In this document: positions 16,617 through 25,282 of the stretch, piece after piece
How the letters are laid out: each line of letters starts with the position of its first letter
Position numbering within the stretch: the first letter of the stretch is position 1
Assembly: GCA_949283975.1 (NCBI GenBank)
Contig: CASDUK010000002.1
Location: 66,932-130,931, forward strand
Source of the DNA: an uncultured Bacillota bacterium
Lineage (GTDB): Bacteria; Bacillota; Clostridia; Christensenellales; UBA1242
Length of the DNA: 64,000 nucleotides
Direction of reading: 5' to 3'
Made by a program: the position numbers and the translations under genes
Notes under the pieces: model-generated
The model's database searches: none
Seen by the model: the letters and a program-made list of their open reading frames with translations, nothing else
Told to the model about the DNA's origin: nothing

Positions 16617-18443
16617 ATGACAAATGAAAAAATTAGGAACATTGCAATAATTGCCCATGTTGACCACGGCAAAACCTCGCTTGTTAACGAACTTTTAAAG
16701 CAAGGTAATGTTTTTCATGAAAATCAAATTGTTGAAGATAGGATTATGGACAGCAACGCTCTTGAAAGAGAGCGTGGAATTACAATTCTTTCAAAAAACG
16801 CAAGCTGCATGTATAACGGAATTAAAATCAATGTTGTAGACACCCCGGGCCACGCGGATTTTGGCGGCGAAGTTGAAAGAGTTTTAAAAATGGTTGACGG
16901 CGTTTTACTTGTTGTTGACGCCTTTGAGGGAGCAATGCCTCAAACTAGATTTGTTTTGGAAAAAGCCCTTTCGCTAAACCTTAAAGTAATTGTTGTAATC
17001 AACAAAATTGACAAGCCAGACGCTAGGCTTTTGGAAGTTAAAGACGAGGTTTTAGAGCTGTTTTTAGATTTGGACGCTAATGAAGAACAGCTAAATTCGC
17101 CCTTCGTCTACTCTTCTGCAAGGCAAGGCATTAGCAGCCTTGACCCAAACATGCCGGGGGTTGACATGCGCCCTCTTTTTGAAACAATAATCTCATACAT
17201 TCCTGCCCCGGCTGGAGATCAAACAAAACCTTTTAAAATGTTAATTTCTTCTGCGGAACACAACGATTTTGTTGGAAGGCTTGTAATTGGAAAAATTGAA
17301 CAGGGAACAGCAAAAGTTGGCGACAGCGTTGTTGTTACAAACTTCCATGAAGACAGAAACATTAAAGGAAAAATTGTTCAACTATTTGAATATGTTGGGC
17401 TGAAAAGAGTTCCGCTTTCTCTTGGTAAAGCCGGAGACATAGTTTGTATTGCAGGGATTGAAGAGGCTCAAATTGGCGACACCGTTTCTTCTCCGTTAAA
17501 CACAGCCCCAATTGAATTTGTTCAAATAGAAAAGCCAACCGTTGAAATGACGTTCATGGTTAACAACAGTCCGTTTGCTGGAAAGGAAGGAAAGTTTGTA
17601 ACAAGCCGCCATCTTCGCGAAAGGCTTTATAAAGAAGCCGTTAAAGACCTTTCTTTGAAAGTTTCAGACACAAACTCAACAGAGGCCTTCACGGTTTGTG
17701 GCCGCGGCGAAATGCACCTTTCAATTTTAATTGAAAACATGAGAAGAGACGGATATGAATTTCAAGTTTCAATGCCAAAAGTTTTGTTTTTGGAAGAAGA
17801 GGGAATTAAAAAAGAGCCAATGGACCTTTTAACAATTGACGTTCCTTCCGATTGCGTTGGAACAATTATGAGCAAGATGGGAACGCGAAAGGGTGACTTG
17901 ATTCAAATGAGCGAACATAACAGCCGAATGAAAATGGAATTTAAAATCCCTCAACGCGGGCTGTTTGGCTTTAAGTCGGAATTTTTAACGGACACGCGCG
18001 GCGAAGGAGTTATGAGCTCCGTCTTTTGCGGATATGAAGAATTTAAGGGCCAAATTAACAGAAGAGAATATGGCTCGCTAATTGCATATGAAACAGGCGA
18101 AGCAATTGTCTATGGCCTTTTTAACGCGCAAGAGCGCGGCGACCTTTTCATAACCCCTGGAACAAAAGTTTATGCCGGAATGGTTGTTGGCCAAAATCCA
18201 AAGGGCGATGACATTGTTGTTAACGTTTGCAAAAAGAAACACCTTTCAAATTGTAGAAGTTCTGGCTCAGATGAGGCGCTTAGGTTAATTCCCCCAAGAA
18301 TTATGTCGCTTGAGGATTGCATTGAATTTATATGTGATGACGAACTTTTGGAAGTTACGCCAAGCAGCATTAGAATACGAAAAAAAGAACTTGACCATAA
18401 CATGCGCCTTCGCCAAAAGGCAAAGGAACTTGGCTTAAACTAA
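16617..18443 (+). CDS. typA: Translational GTPase TypA/BipA
   Basis: IRNIAIIAHVDHGKTSLV, DTPGHADFGGEVER, NKIDK, full-length BipA similarity. Confidence 0.93.
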   Translation: MTNEKIRNIAIIAHVDHGKTSLVNELLKQGNVFHENQIVEDRIMDSNALERERGITILSKNASCMYNGIKINVVDTPGHADFGGEVERVLKMVDGVLLVVDAFEGAMPQTRFVLEKALSLNLKVIVVINKIDKPDARLLEVKDEVLELFLDLDANEEQLNSPFVYSSARQGISSLDPNMPGVDMRPLFETIISYIPAPAGDQTKPFKMLISSAEHNDFVGRLVIGKIEQGTAKVGDSVVVTNFHEDRNIKGKIVQLFEYVGLKRVPLSLGKAGDIVCIAGIEEAQIGDTVSSPLNTAPIEFVQIEKPTVEMTFMVNNSPFAGKEGKFVTSRHLRERLYKEAVKDLSLKVSDTNSTEAFTVCGRGEMHLSILIENMRRDGYEFQVSMPKVLFLEEEGIKKEPMDLLTIDVPSDCVGTIMSKMGTRKGDLIQMSEHNSRMKMEFKIPQRGLFGFKSEFLTDTRGEGVMSSVFCGYEEFKGQINRREYGSLIAYETGEAIVYGLFNAQERGDLFITPGTKVYAGMVVGQNPKGDDIVVNVCKKKHLSNCRSSGSDEALRLIPPRIMSLEDCIEFICDDELLEVTPSSIRIRKKELDHNMRLRQKAKELGLN

Positions 18444-18446
18444 AAA

Positions 18447-18467
18447 ACAGCAGCTGCTGTTTTTTTA
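18447..18467. terminator. Palindromic intrinsic terminator after typA
   Basis: ACAGCAG/CTGCTGT followed by T7 (A-run upstream). Confidence 0.6.
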
Positions 18468-18704
18468 ATATTCAATATCTATATCATTAAATATTTCATC
18501 ATTGAAAAACTCATAAAGAGTTATCCCAAGCCCTTGGCAAATTTTAATTAATGTTCTAACAGAACAATAATCACTTTCATCATTGAGCATGGAATTTAGC
18601 GTTGACGTTGTTAGCCCTCCCGCCGTGCAAAGTTTATTTATTGAAATACCCTTTTGTTTGGCAAGGCTTAAAATTCTTAACTTAACTGCATCAGAGCCTC
18701 TCAT
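18465..18704 (-). CDS. XRE-family helix-turn-helix transcriptional regulator
   Basis: MRGSDAVKLRILSLAKQKGISINKLCTAGGLTTSTLNSML... AGGAGA SD before ATG 18704; the ORF-track start at 18794 is less likely. Confidence 0.7.
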   Translation of the reverse strand: MRGSDAVKLRILSLAKQKGISINKLCTAGGLTTSTLNSMLNDESDYCSVRTLIKICQGLGITLYEFFNDEIFNDIDIEY

Positions 18705-18783
18705 ATATTCTCCTAATACTATTTTACAACTAGTTTGCCAATAATTGTTGACGGCTATCCGTAAACTTTTGCAAAAAATGGCA

Positions 18784-20001
18784 TTATTCGCCATCTTTAT
18801 TGATAAATTTGCTCTTTAAAACGCTTGCAAGCTCAATTGAACCCTCTCCAAACCTCTCTTTTATACTTTTTATCGTCCTGGAAAAACTTTCCTTTTTTTC
18901 ATTTTTTTCATCAAAAATTGAAGCTTGCTTGGGGCGGAGTTTGCTTTTTAAGTTTCTAACTGAAATTCTAATGCTTCTAATTGGCGTTGTATAATTCCAA
19001 AAACAATCTATAATTTCAAGCGCACAATTTGCAATATCCTTCGCCCGTGATAAATCAAACAAAAAAGTTTGGCTTTTTCCAAACCTTTCAAAATTAGAAG
19101 TTTTTAAGCTAACATGAACCGAAGTTCCAACAAGATTTTTATCTGAAAGCCGTTTTGAAATTTTTTCTGAAAGAAACTGAAGCAAACTAAAAACATCTTC
19201 CCTTTTCGTGATATCCAAAATTGTTGTTGTTCCATTTCCAACGCTTTTAACTGGCGGCCGCAAGCTGTTATCAACAACTTCTTCATCAAACTCCCCCAAA
19301 AGTTTTTGTTTTAATTGAAGAGCAACAATGTTAAATTTTTTCTTTAAAATTAAATCTGGAATTTGAACATAGTCGCCAAGCGTTAAAACGTTCATCTTTT
19401 CAAGTTTTTTAAGTGTTCTATTTCCAATTCCAATAACAGCGTTAACGGGAAGCGGATAGACAATTTCTTTAAAATTTTCTCGTGAAATAACTGTTGTTGC
19501 AAACGGCTTTTTAAGGTCGCTTCCAAGTTTTGCAAAAAGTTTTGAAAAACTAACGCCAACAGAAATTGTTACTCCAACTTTTTCTAAAACTTCTTTTCTA
19601 ATTAAATCTGCAATTTTCTTCCCGCTTCCAAAAAGATTTAAACTGCCCGTAACATCAAGCCAACACTCGTCAATTCCAAAGCTTTCAACCGTGTCTGTGT
19701 AATTGTAATATATTGAAATTATTTGATTTGAAATTTTTTCATAAAGCTTAAAATGAGGCGGAAGGCAGATTAATGAGGGACACTTTTGTTTTGCCTCAAA
19801 AATTGATTCCCCCGTTTTAACGCCTTGGCTTTTAGCAATGTCGTTTTTTGCCAAAATAATTCCCGTTCGCGTCTTTGGGTTTCCGCTAACAGCAACAGGC
19901 TTTCCTTTGAGTTCCGGTTTAGAGGCACATTCAACACTTGCATAAAAATTGTTTACATCGCAGTGAAGAATTACTTTGTCATTAAAAAACCTCTTTTCCA
20001 T
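18784..20001 (-). CDS. dinB: Y-family DNA polymerase IV
   Basis: ILHCDVNNFYASVE, IDECWLDVTG, little-finger region. Confidence 0.88.
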   Translation of the reverse strand: MEKRFFNDKVILHCDVNNFYASVECASKPELKGKPVAVSGNPKTRTGIILAKNDIAKSQGVKTGESIFEAKQKCPSLICLPPHFKLYEKISNQIISIYYNYTDTVESFGIDECWLDVTGSLNLFGSGKKIADLIRKEVLEKVGVTISVGVSFSKLFAKLGSDLKKPFATTVISRENFKEIVYPLPVNAVIGIGNRTLKKLEKMNVLTLGDYVQIPDLILKKKFNIVALQLKQKLLGEFDEEVVDNSLRPPVKSVGNGTTTILDITKREDVFSLLQFLSEKISKRLSDKNLVGTSVHVSLKTSNFERFGKSQTFLFDLSRAKDIANCALEIIDCFWNYTTPIRSIRISVRNLKSKLRPKQASIFDEKNEKKESFSRTIKSIKERFGEGSIELASVLKSKFINKDGE

Positions 20002-20043
20002 TAACTTAGTTTTTGGAAAAGAGGTTTAAGTTATTCTAAAATT

Positions 20044-22581
20044 TTATTCTGTTCTAAGCGCAACAACTGGGTCTTTCTTTGAGGCAATTCTTGCCGGAAT
20101 TAAGCCTGAAATTAGCGAAAGAACAACGCTGACCGCAGTTAAAATCAAAACGTGGGTAAACTTTAAAACTGCAATTGTTCCAATTTCTGGAACAAGCGAA
20201 CCAACAATTGCGTTTATTGGAACTGTTAAAATTAACGAAAGCAGCCCGCCAATTATTCCCGCGCAAAGACCTATTATAAATGTTTCGCTGTTAAACACGT
20301 TCATAATGTCTCTTTTTCTTGCGCCCAAGCTTCTTAAAACGCCGATTTCCTTTGTTCTTTCAATAACAGAAACATAGGTTATAATTCCAATCATAATTGA
20401 TGAAACAACCAAACTAATTGCAGCAAAAGCAATTAAAACATATGAGATAATGTTTATAACAGAGCCAAGCGTTTCGGTTAAAAATCCCGTTGAATCCATG
20501 TAAACAATTTTTTTGTTTTCATTTGTTTGAGTTTGGTTAAACGCCTCAATCATCTCAATTATACAATCTTTTGCGTCAAAATTCTTTGGATAGAAATATA
20601 TACCAGTTGGAATTTGCGAAATTCCAATTTGTTGCATTGCAAGTTCAAAGGCCTCATCTTCCTCCAAAGTATACCCATAACACATTTGCAGAAATTGGTT
20701 GATTTCCTCAACACTTGCAAACCCATCTTTTGGAAGAATGGAAACCTCTGAAACTTCAATAACATAGTTGTCTAAAAACTTATTTGTTTCTTTAATTGAA
20801 AGTTGTTTTTGCGCAATTAAAGATTGGTTGCAGTTGTTTCGGTAGTATTCTCCAAGGTCTGGCATATATGCAACGCCAGTTGACAAAAGCGTTACTGGGG
20901 CGTCTTCTTTAACTCTGATAATCCCAGAAATTTTAAGCGTAACCGCGCTGTCTTCAAATGCCTTGCCAAGTGCCTCTTGCCCGCCCTCTTCCAGTTTGCT
21001 AAAAGCCGTAATTTCTTCAAAATTTTCGCTGTTTGGAATGTAATAGTCGTCATTAAACAAAAGTTTAAACTCTTGATTTAAAATTGTTTCAAAGTCTATT
21101 TCAAGATATTCTCCATTTTCAGTTGGTGTTTGAATTCCAAGAGCGTTTAAAACAGAATATGAAATTCTGTTCCCCTCCCCAACAACAAGAAGCATCTCAT
21201 GAGTGAACTCTTCTCCTTCGTGTTTTTGCGGAAACGAGCCATAAATTAAATCATATTGGCTCATAACAAAATCCATATTATTTAAAAGTGGATAGAAAAT
21301 GTTGCTTTGAGTTCCAGACATAATGCTTGTTGAATTCTTACTCTTAAATAAATTAACTGTTCCGTCTGGGTTTTTAGAAAGAATTTTAAGCGGAGTGAAA
21401 TAACTATACTCAACAAGATTAATTTGGCTGTTTTCGCCTTTGTTTTTATCTTCCTGTTCAAATGCTTTTACAAATTCAACAAAATCACTGCTTAAATTAT
21501 TATAGTGGCCAAATTGAATAAATTGAAGTGCGGGATTATATGGAAGAACACTGGTTTCACTTGAAGATCCTTGGTTTTCTTGCGGAGTAAATGAGGTAAA
21601 AGAATTCATATCAACTGTAACTGCAGAAACGGTAATTGGATAGCCGCCAAGCGCATCGGACTGGATTTTATTTATGTAATTTGTAAATCCAGTTGAAATT
21701 GAAAGGACAAGCGCAATTCCAACAATTCCAATGCTACCAGCGAAAGAAGTTAAAATTGTTCGCCCTTTTTTTGAAAACAAGTTTTTAAAGGACAAACTAA
21801 GCGCGGTGTAAAATTTCATTGAAGATTTTTTTTGTTTTTTAACTTTTTTTGCGTTTTTTTCCTTAATTTCAAGTTCTTTTTGCTCTTTTTTTACATTTCT
21901 AGACTTATATGGCTTAGAATCGCCAACAACCTGACCGTCTAAAAGTTTTATAATTCTTGTGCTAAATTTCTCTGCAATTTCACCGTTGTGTGTAACCATT
22001 ATAACAAGACGCTCTTTTGAAATTTCCTTAATAAGTTCCATAACTTCAAGGCTTGTTTTAATGTCAAGCGCGCCGGTTGGTTCATCTGCAAGCAAAATTT
22101 CTGGGTCATTAACAATTGCTCTTGCAATTGCAACTCTTTGCATTTGGCCGCCAGAAAGCTGGTTCGGTTTCTTTTTTGCAACCTCTTTAAGGCCAACTCT
22201 GGAAAGCGCTTCAAGGGCGCGCGCCTGGCGCTCCTTCTTTTTTACGCCAGAAATGGTTAGAGCAAGCTCAACATTTCCAAGAATTGAAAGATGTGGAATT
22301 AAATTGTATGACTGAAAAACAAAACCAATTTTTTTGTTGCGATAGTTATCCCAATCGCTGTCTTTAAAATCCTTGGTTGCCCTTTCGTCAATAAATAAAT
22401 CTCCGCCAGAATATCTGTCTAGTCCGCCAATAATATTTAGAAGGGTTGTTTTTCCGCAGCCAGACGGCCCTAAAATTGAAACAAATTCGCTCTTTCTAAA
22501 TTCTAAATTTATTTCCTTTAAGGCATCAACGCAAAAAGACTCTGACCTATATTGTTTACTTATGTTAACTAATTTTAGCAT
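20044..22581 (-). CDS. Fused ABC transporter ATPase/FtsX-type permease (MacB-like)
   Basis: GPSGCGKTTLLN, LSGGQMQRVAIARA, LLADEPTGALD. Long extracytoplasmic region and a C-terminal FtsX domain (ERTKEIGVLRSLGARKRDI). Confidence 0.85.
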   Translation of the reverse strand: MLKLVNISKQYRSESFCVDALKEINLEFRKSEFVSILGPSGCGKTTLLNIIGGLDRYSGGDLFIDERATKDFKDSDWDNYRNKKIGFVFQSYNLIPHLSILGNVELALTISGVKKKERQARALEALSRVGLKEVAKKKPNQLSGGQMQRVAIARAIVNDPEILLADEPTGALDIKTSLEVMELIKEISKERLVIMVTHNGEIAEKFSTRIIKLLDGQVVGDSKPYKSRNVKKEQKELEIKEKNAKKVKKQKKSSMKFYTALSLSFKNLFSKKGRTILTSFAGSIGIVGIALVLSISTGFTNYINKIQSDALGGYPITVSAVTVDMNSFTSFTPQENQGSSSETSVLPYNPALQFIQFGHYNNLSSDFVEFVKAFEQEDKNKGENSQINLVEYSYFTPLKILSKNPDGTVNLFKSKNSTSIMSGTQSNIFYPLLNNMDFVMSQYDLIYGSFPQKHEGEEFTHEMLLVVGEGNRISYSVLNALGIQTPTENGEYLEIDFETILNQEFKLLFNDDYYIPNSENFEEITAFSKLEEGGQEALGKAFEDSAVTLKISGIIRVKEDAPVTLLSTGVAYMPDLGEYYRNNCNQSLIAQKQLSIKETNKFLDNYVIEVSEVSILPKDGFASVEEINQFLQMCYGYTLEEDEAFELAMQQIGISQIPTGIYFYPKNFDAKDCIIEMIEAFNQTQTNENKKIVYMDSTGFLTETLGSVINIISYVLIAFAAISLVVSSIMIGIITYVSVIERTKEIGVLRSLGARKRDIMNVFNSETFIIGLCAGIIGGLLSLILTVPINAIVGSLVPEIGTIAVLKFTHVLILTAVSVVLSLISGLIPARIASKKDPVVALRTE

Positions 22582-22642
22582 GTTATCTCCAATAAATATA
22601 TTATATCTTAACTTTGAAAAAAGTTATAGCAATTTCATTTAG

Positions 22643-22671
22643 TTGACAAATTTTTATTTTTGTGATAAATT
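22643..22671 (+). promoter_or_regulatory. Promoter for tRNA-Gly
   Basis: TTGACA, 17 nt spacer, TGaTAAATT (extended -10). Confidence 0.55.
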
Positions 22672-22690
22672 ACTTTCCGTTAACAAATTT

Positions 22691-22764
22691 GCGGGTGTAA
22701 CTCAATGGCAGAGTTCCAGCTTCCCAAGCTGGCTACGAGGGTTCGATTCCCTTCACCCGCTCCA
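22691..22764 (+). tRNA. tRNA-Gly (anticodon CCC), CCA encoded
   Basis: GCGGGTG...CCAGC-TTCCCAA-GCTGG...GAGGG-TTCGATT-CCCTT-CACCCGC-T-CCA. Confidence 0.9.
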
Positions 22765-22769
22765 CTTTG

Positions 22770-22794
22770 GCAGGGTTTATCCCTGCTTTTATTT
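22770..22794 (+). terminator. Intrinsic terminator after tRNA-Gly
   Basis: GCAGGG-tttat-CCCTGC then TTTTATTT. Duplicated at about 23164-23190. Confidence 0.7.
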
Positions 22795-22886
22795 AGGGTT
22801 CGGGAATCCTCTGTTCGAAATTGGTCGCCTTTTCGCTGCCTCGCTCAAATTCTCCCTTTCTCACAGAAAATCGCCTGCGCTGTTTC

Positions 22887-23116
22887 GCCCACTGGGCGCG
22901 CTTGGCTCTTTTCCCTTCACCCTGCTTTTATTTTGGGCTCGGGAATCCTCTGTTCGAAATATTTAATCTCCTTACAAGTCGCGGCAAAAATTACAAGGAA
23001 CTTGTAATTTTTCGTTTGGCCGCGTATAAGAGAAAAAACAAGCGTAAAAGCCGTTCGTTTCGCTGACAAGCGAAACTAGGCAAAAGCGCAGTTTTTTCTC
23101 AAGCCTGCGCTTCTCC
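22887..23116. repeat. Tandem repeat unit B (230 nt) carrying a truncated tRNA-Gly 3'-end fragment
   Basis: GCCCACTGGGCGCGCTTGGCTCTTTTCCCTTCACCC..., then a roughly 165-nt module with hairpins. Near-identical to unit C by eye, with scattered substitutions. Lacks about 26 nt relative to unit C. Confidence 0.85.
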
Positions 23117-23356
23117 GCCCACTGGGCGCGCTTGGCTCTTTTCCCTTCACCCGCTCCACTTTGGCAGGGTTTTATCCCTGCTTTTTTCTTGCGGCTCGGG
23201 AATCCTCTGTTCGAAATATTTAATCTCCTTACAAGTCGCGGCGAAAATTACAAGCATTTGTAATTTTTCGTCTGGCCGCGAATAAGAGAAAAAACAAGCG
23301 TAAAAGCCGCACGTTTCGCTGACAAGCGAAACTAGGCCAAAGCGCAGTTTTTTCTC
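23117..23356. repeat. Tandem repeat unit C (240 nt) carrying a full copy of the tRNA-Gly 3' 18 nt plus its terminator
   Basis: 23141-23158 is TTCCCTTCACCCGCTCCA, identical to 22747-22764. The terminator copy follows. The unit ends at the lysS stop codon. Confidence 0.85.
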
Positions 23357-24840
23357 TATTTCATCAATGGAAACAAAACAACATCTCTAACCGAAGGCTG
23401 ATTAAACATAACAACCATAAGCCTATCCAACCCAAAGCCAAGGCCGCTGATTGGCGGCATTCCATGCTCCATGGCTAAAAGGAAATCTTCGTCTAAATCC
23501 ATTGCCTCGTCGTCTCCGGCTTTCTTCGCAAGAAGCTGATCTTCAAACGCTTTTCGCTGAACAGAAGGGTCAACAAGCTCTGAATAAGCCTTGCAAAGCT
23601 CGCTTCCAATTGCCAAAACTTGGAACATGTCAATAATTCTTCCGTCCTTGTCGTTTCTTCTTGCAAGCGGAACAAGGCAAGCCGGATAGTTGTATAAAAC
23701 AGTTGGTTGAATTAAGTTTACTCTAATTTTTCTTTTGTAAATAAAATCAACAACCGAGGCCAAAGATTTTGCCTCTTTCAAATCTTCCTCTGAAAAAAGC
23801 CCTGTTTCAACAACTTTTGAAACAAGCTGGTCGCGCGTTTGACAAGCCAAAAAGTCAAAGCCCAAAATTTCCCTCATTTTTGCCGTGTAGTCAACTCTTT
23901 CCCAATCCTTTCCAAAGTCCAAAACTTGACCTTCATAGGTTATTGTTGTCGTTCCCAAAACTTCTGTTAAAAGCGCCCTTATGAAATCTTGAAAGAATTT
24001 TATGTTGTCTTCAAAATTCCAATATGCTGCATACCATTCGCAAACGGTGAACTCTTGAAGGTGTTGTTGATCCATTCCCTCGTTTCTAAAAACTTTTCCA
24101 ATTTCAAAAACCTTGTCAAACCCTCCGCAAATAACTTCCTTAAGCGCAATTTCTGGCGCAATTCGCAAATTAAGCGTTTTGTTAAGTGCGTTGTGTTTTG
24201 TGTAGAATGGTTTTGCGCTTGCGCCGCAAACCGCATTTTGCAAAATTGGCGTTTCAACTTCAATAAACCCGTGTTGTTCAAGATATCTTCTAATAAAAGA
24301 AGTCATTTTGCTTCGCCCAAGCATAACCTTTCTGCTTTCTTCATTTGAAATTAAATCCAAATATCTTTGGCGATATTTCTGCTCTATGTCAACAAGGCCG
24401 TGGAATTTTTCCGGAAGCGGGCGCATTGCCTTTGAAAGAAGCTCAACTTTGCTTGCTCTAACCGTAATTTCGCCTGTTTGAGTTTTGTAAATTTCCCCAG
24501 TAATTCCAACAAAATCGCCAATGTCAATAAGTTTCTTGTAAAAATCATATTCCTCTTCGCTAAGCTCATTTCGCCCAACGCTAACTTGAATTGAGGCCAT
24601 AACATCTTGAATTCTTAAAAAGCCAAATTTTCCCATTATCCTTCTAAAAATAATTCGCCCGGCAATTTTAACTTTTGCCCCTTCCTCAAGTGTTCGCGCT
24701 TGCAAAATTGAATTTGTTTTTTCAAACCTTTCAACATATGGAATAACGCCATTTTCCTTTAAAAAATCAATTTTAGCCTTTCTAATTTCAATCTCTGTTG
24801 AAAGTCCGCTTAGTTTCTTGTTTAACTGTTCAAAATCCAT
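23356..24840 (-). CDS. lysS: Lysine--tRNA ligase (class II)
   Basis: Full-length LysRS similarity: OB-fold N-domain, FRNEGMDQQHLQEFT, GMPPISGLGFGLDRL. Confidence 0.93.
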   Translation of the reverse strand: MDFEQLNKKLSGLSTEIEIRKAKIDFLKENGVIPYVERFEKTNSILQARTLEEGAKVKIAGRIIFRRIMGKFGFLRIQDVMASIQVSVGRNELSEEEYDFYKKLIDIGDFVGITGEIYKTQTGEITVRASKVELLSKAMRPLPEKFHGLVDIEQKYRQRYLDLISNEESRKVMLGRSKMTSFIRRYLEQHGFIEVETPILQNAVCGASAKPFYTKHNALNKTLNLRIAPEIALKEVICGGFDKVFEIGKVFRNEGMDQQHLQEFTVCEWYAAYWNFEDNIKFFQDFIRALLTEVLGTTTITYEGQVLDFGKDWERVDYTAKMREILGFDFLACQTRDQLVSKVVETGLFSEEDLKEAKSLASVVDFIYKRKIRVNLIQPTVLYNYPACLVPLARRNDKDGRIIDMFQVLAIGSELCKAYSELVDPSVQRKAFEDQLLAKKAGDDEAMDLDEDFLLAMEHGMPPISGLGFGLDRLMVVMFNQPSVRDVVLFPLMK

Positions 24841-24954
24841 GTTCTCTCCTGTTTTTTTATTATATCAAAACTAAAAACTTTGTCAAACTATATATCAAAA
24901 AATGTTTTGAATGAATAATAAAATATGTTAAAATTAATTTGAATAGGAGTTTTC

Positions 24955-25215
24955 ATGAAACAATATGTTTTCCCAGCAGTGTTCTTAAAAGAATCTGATG
25001 ATTCTTACACCGCTTTTATTCCAGATTTGAACCTAACCTCAGAAGGAAGTTCAATTGAAGAAACCTTCCTTTTTATCCAAGATTTCTTGTCAATCTATTG
25101 TTCCTATGTTACAAAGTTTGACGAAGAAGAAACTTTAATCCCTTCAAAATTTGAAAAAATTCAACAGGCCCACCCTTCTGCAATAACAATGCTTGTTGAC
25201 GCGTTTGTAAAATAA
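24955..25215 (+). CDS. HicB-like (UPF0150) antitoxin-fold protein with no partner toxin
   Basis: MKQYVFPAVFLKESDDSYTAFIPDLNLTSEGSSIEET fits the HicB N-domain. No C-terminal DNA-binding domain. No HicA-like ORF within 115 nt upstream or downstream. Confidence 0.6.
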   Translation: MKQYVFPAVFLKESDDSYTAFIPDLNLTSEGSSIEETFLFIQDFLSIYCSYVTKFDEEETLIPSKFEKIQQAHPSAITMLVDAFVK

Positions 25216-25239
25216 AACCAGCAAAAGCTGGTTTTTTTT
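25215..25239 (+). terminator. Intrinsic terminator after the hicB-like gene
   Basis: CCAGC-aaaa-GCTGG followed by T8. Confidence 0.7.
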
Positions 25240-25249
25240 ATTGCCCCAA

Positions 25250-25273
25250 ACAAAAACCAGGCCGCTGGCCTGG
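25250..25273 (-). terminator. Intrinsic terminator after the 1725-aa LRR gene
   Basis: Minus strand: CCAGGCC-agc-GGCCTGG then TTTTTG. Confidence 0.7.
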
Positions 25274-25282
25274 CTTAAAGCC

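Noticed and set aside
15994-16627. ORFs of 72-82 aa across the tRNA cluster (15994-16212, 16267-16515, 16400-16627).
   Set aside because: They overlap three well-folded tRNA genes and their promoters and terminator.
22643-23066. Three overlapping + strand ORFs (107, 100 and 81 aa) downstream of the ABC transporter.
   Set aside because: They run through the tRNA-Gly gene, its terminator and the tandem repeat units. Their composition is driven by the repeats and they have no SDs.
22691-23356. An intact integrated prophage or ICE at tRNA-Gly (and at tRNA-Thr, 7637-8107).
   Set aside because: Only a few hundred nt lie between the direct repeats, and no integrase, excisionase or cargo ORF is present anywhere nearby.
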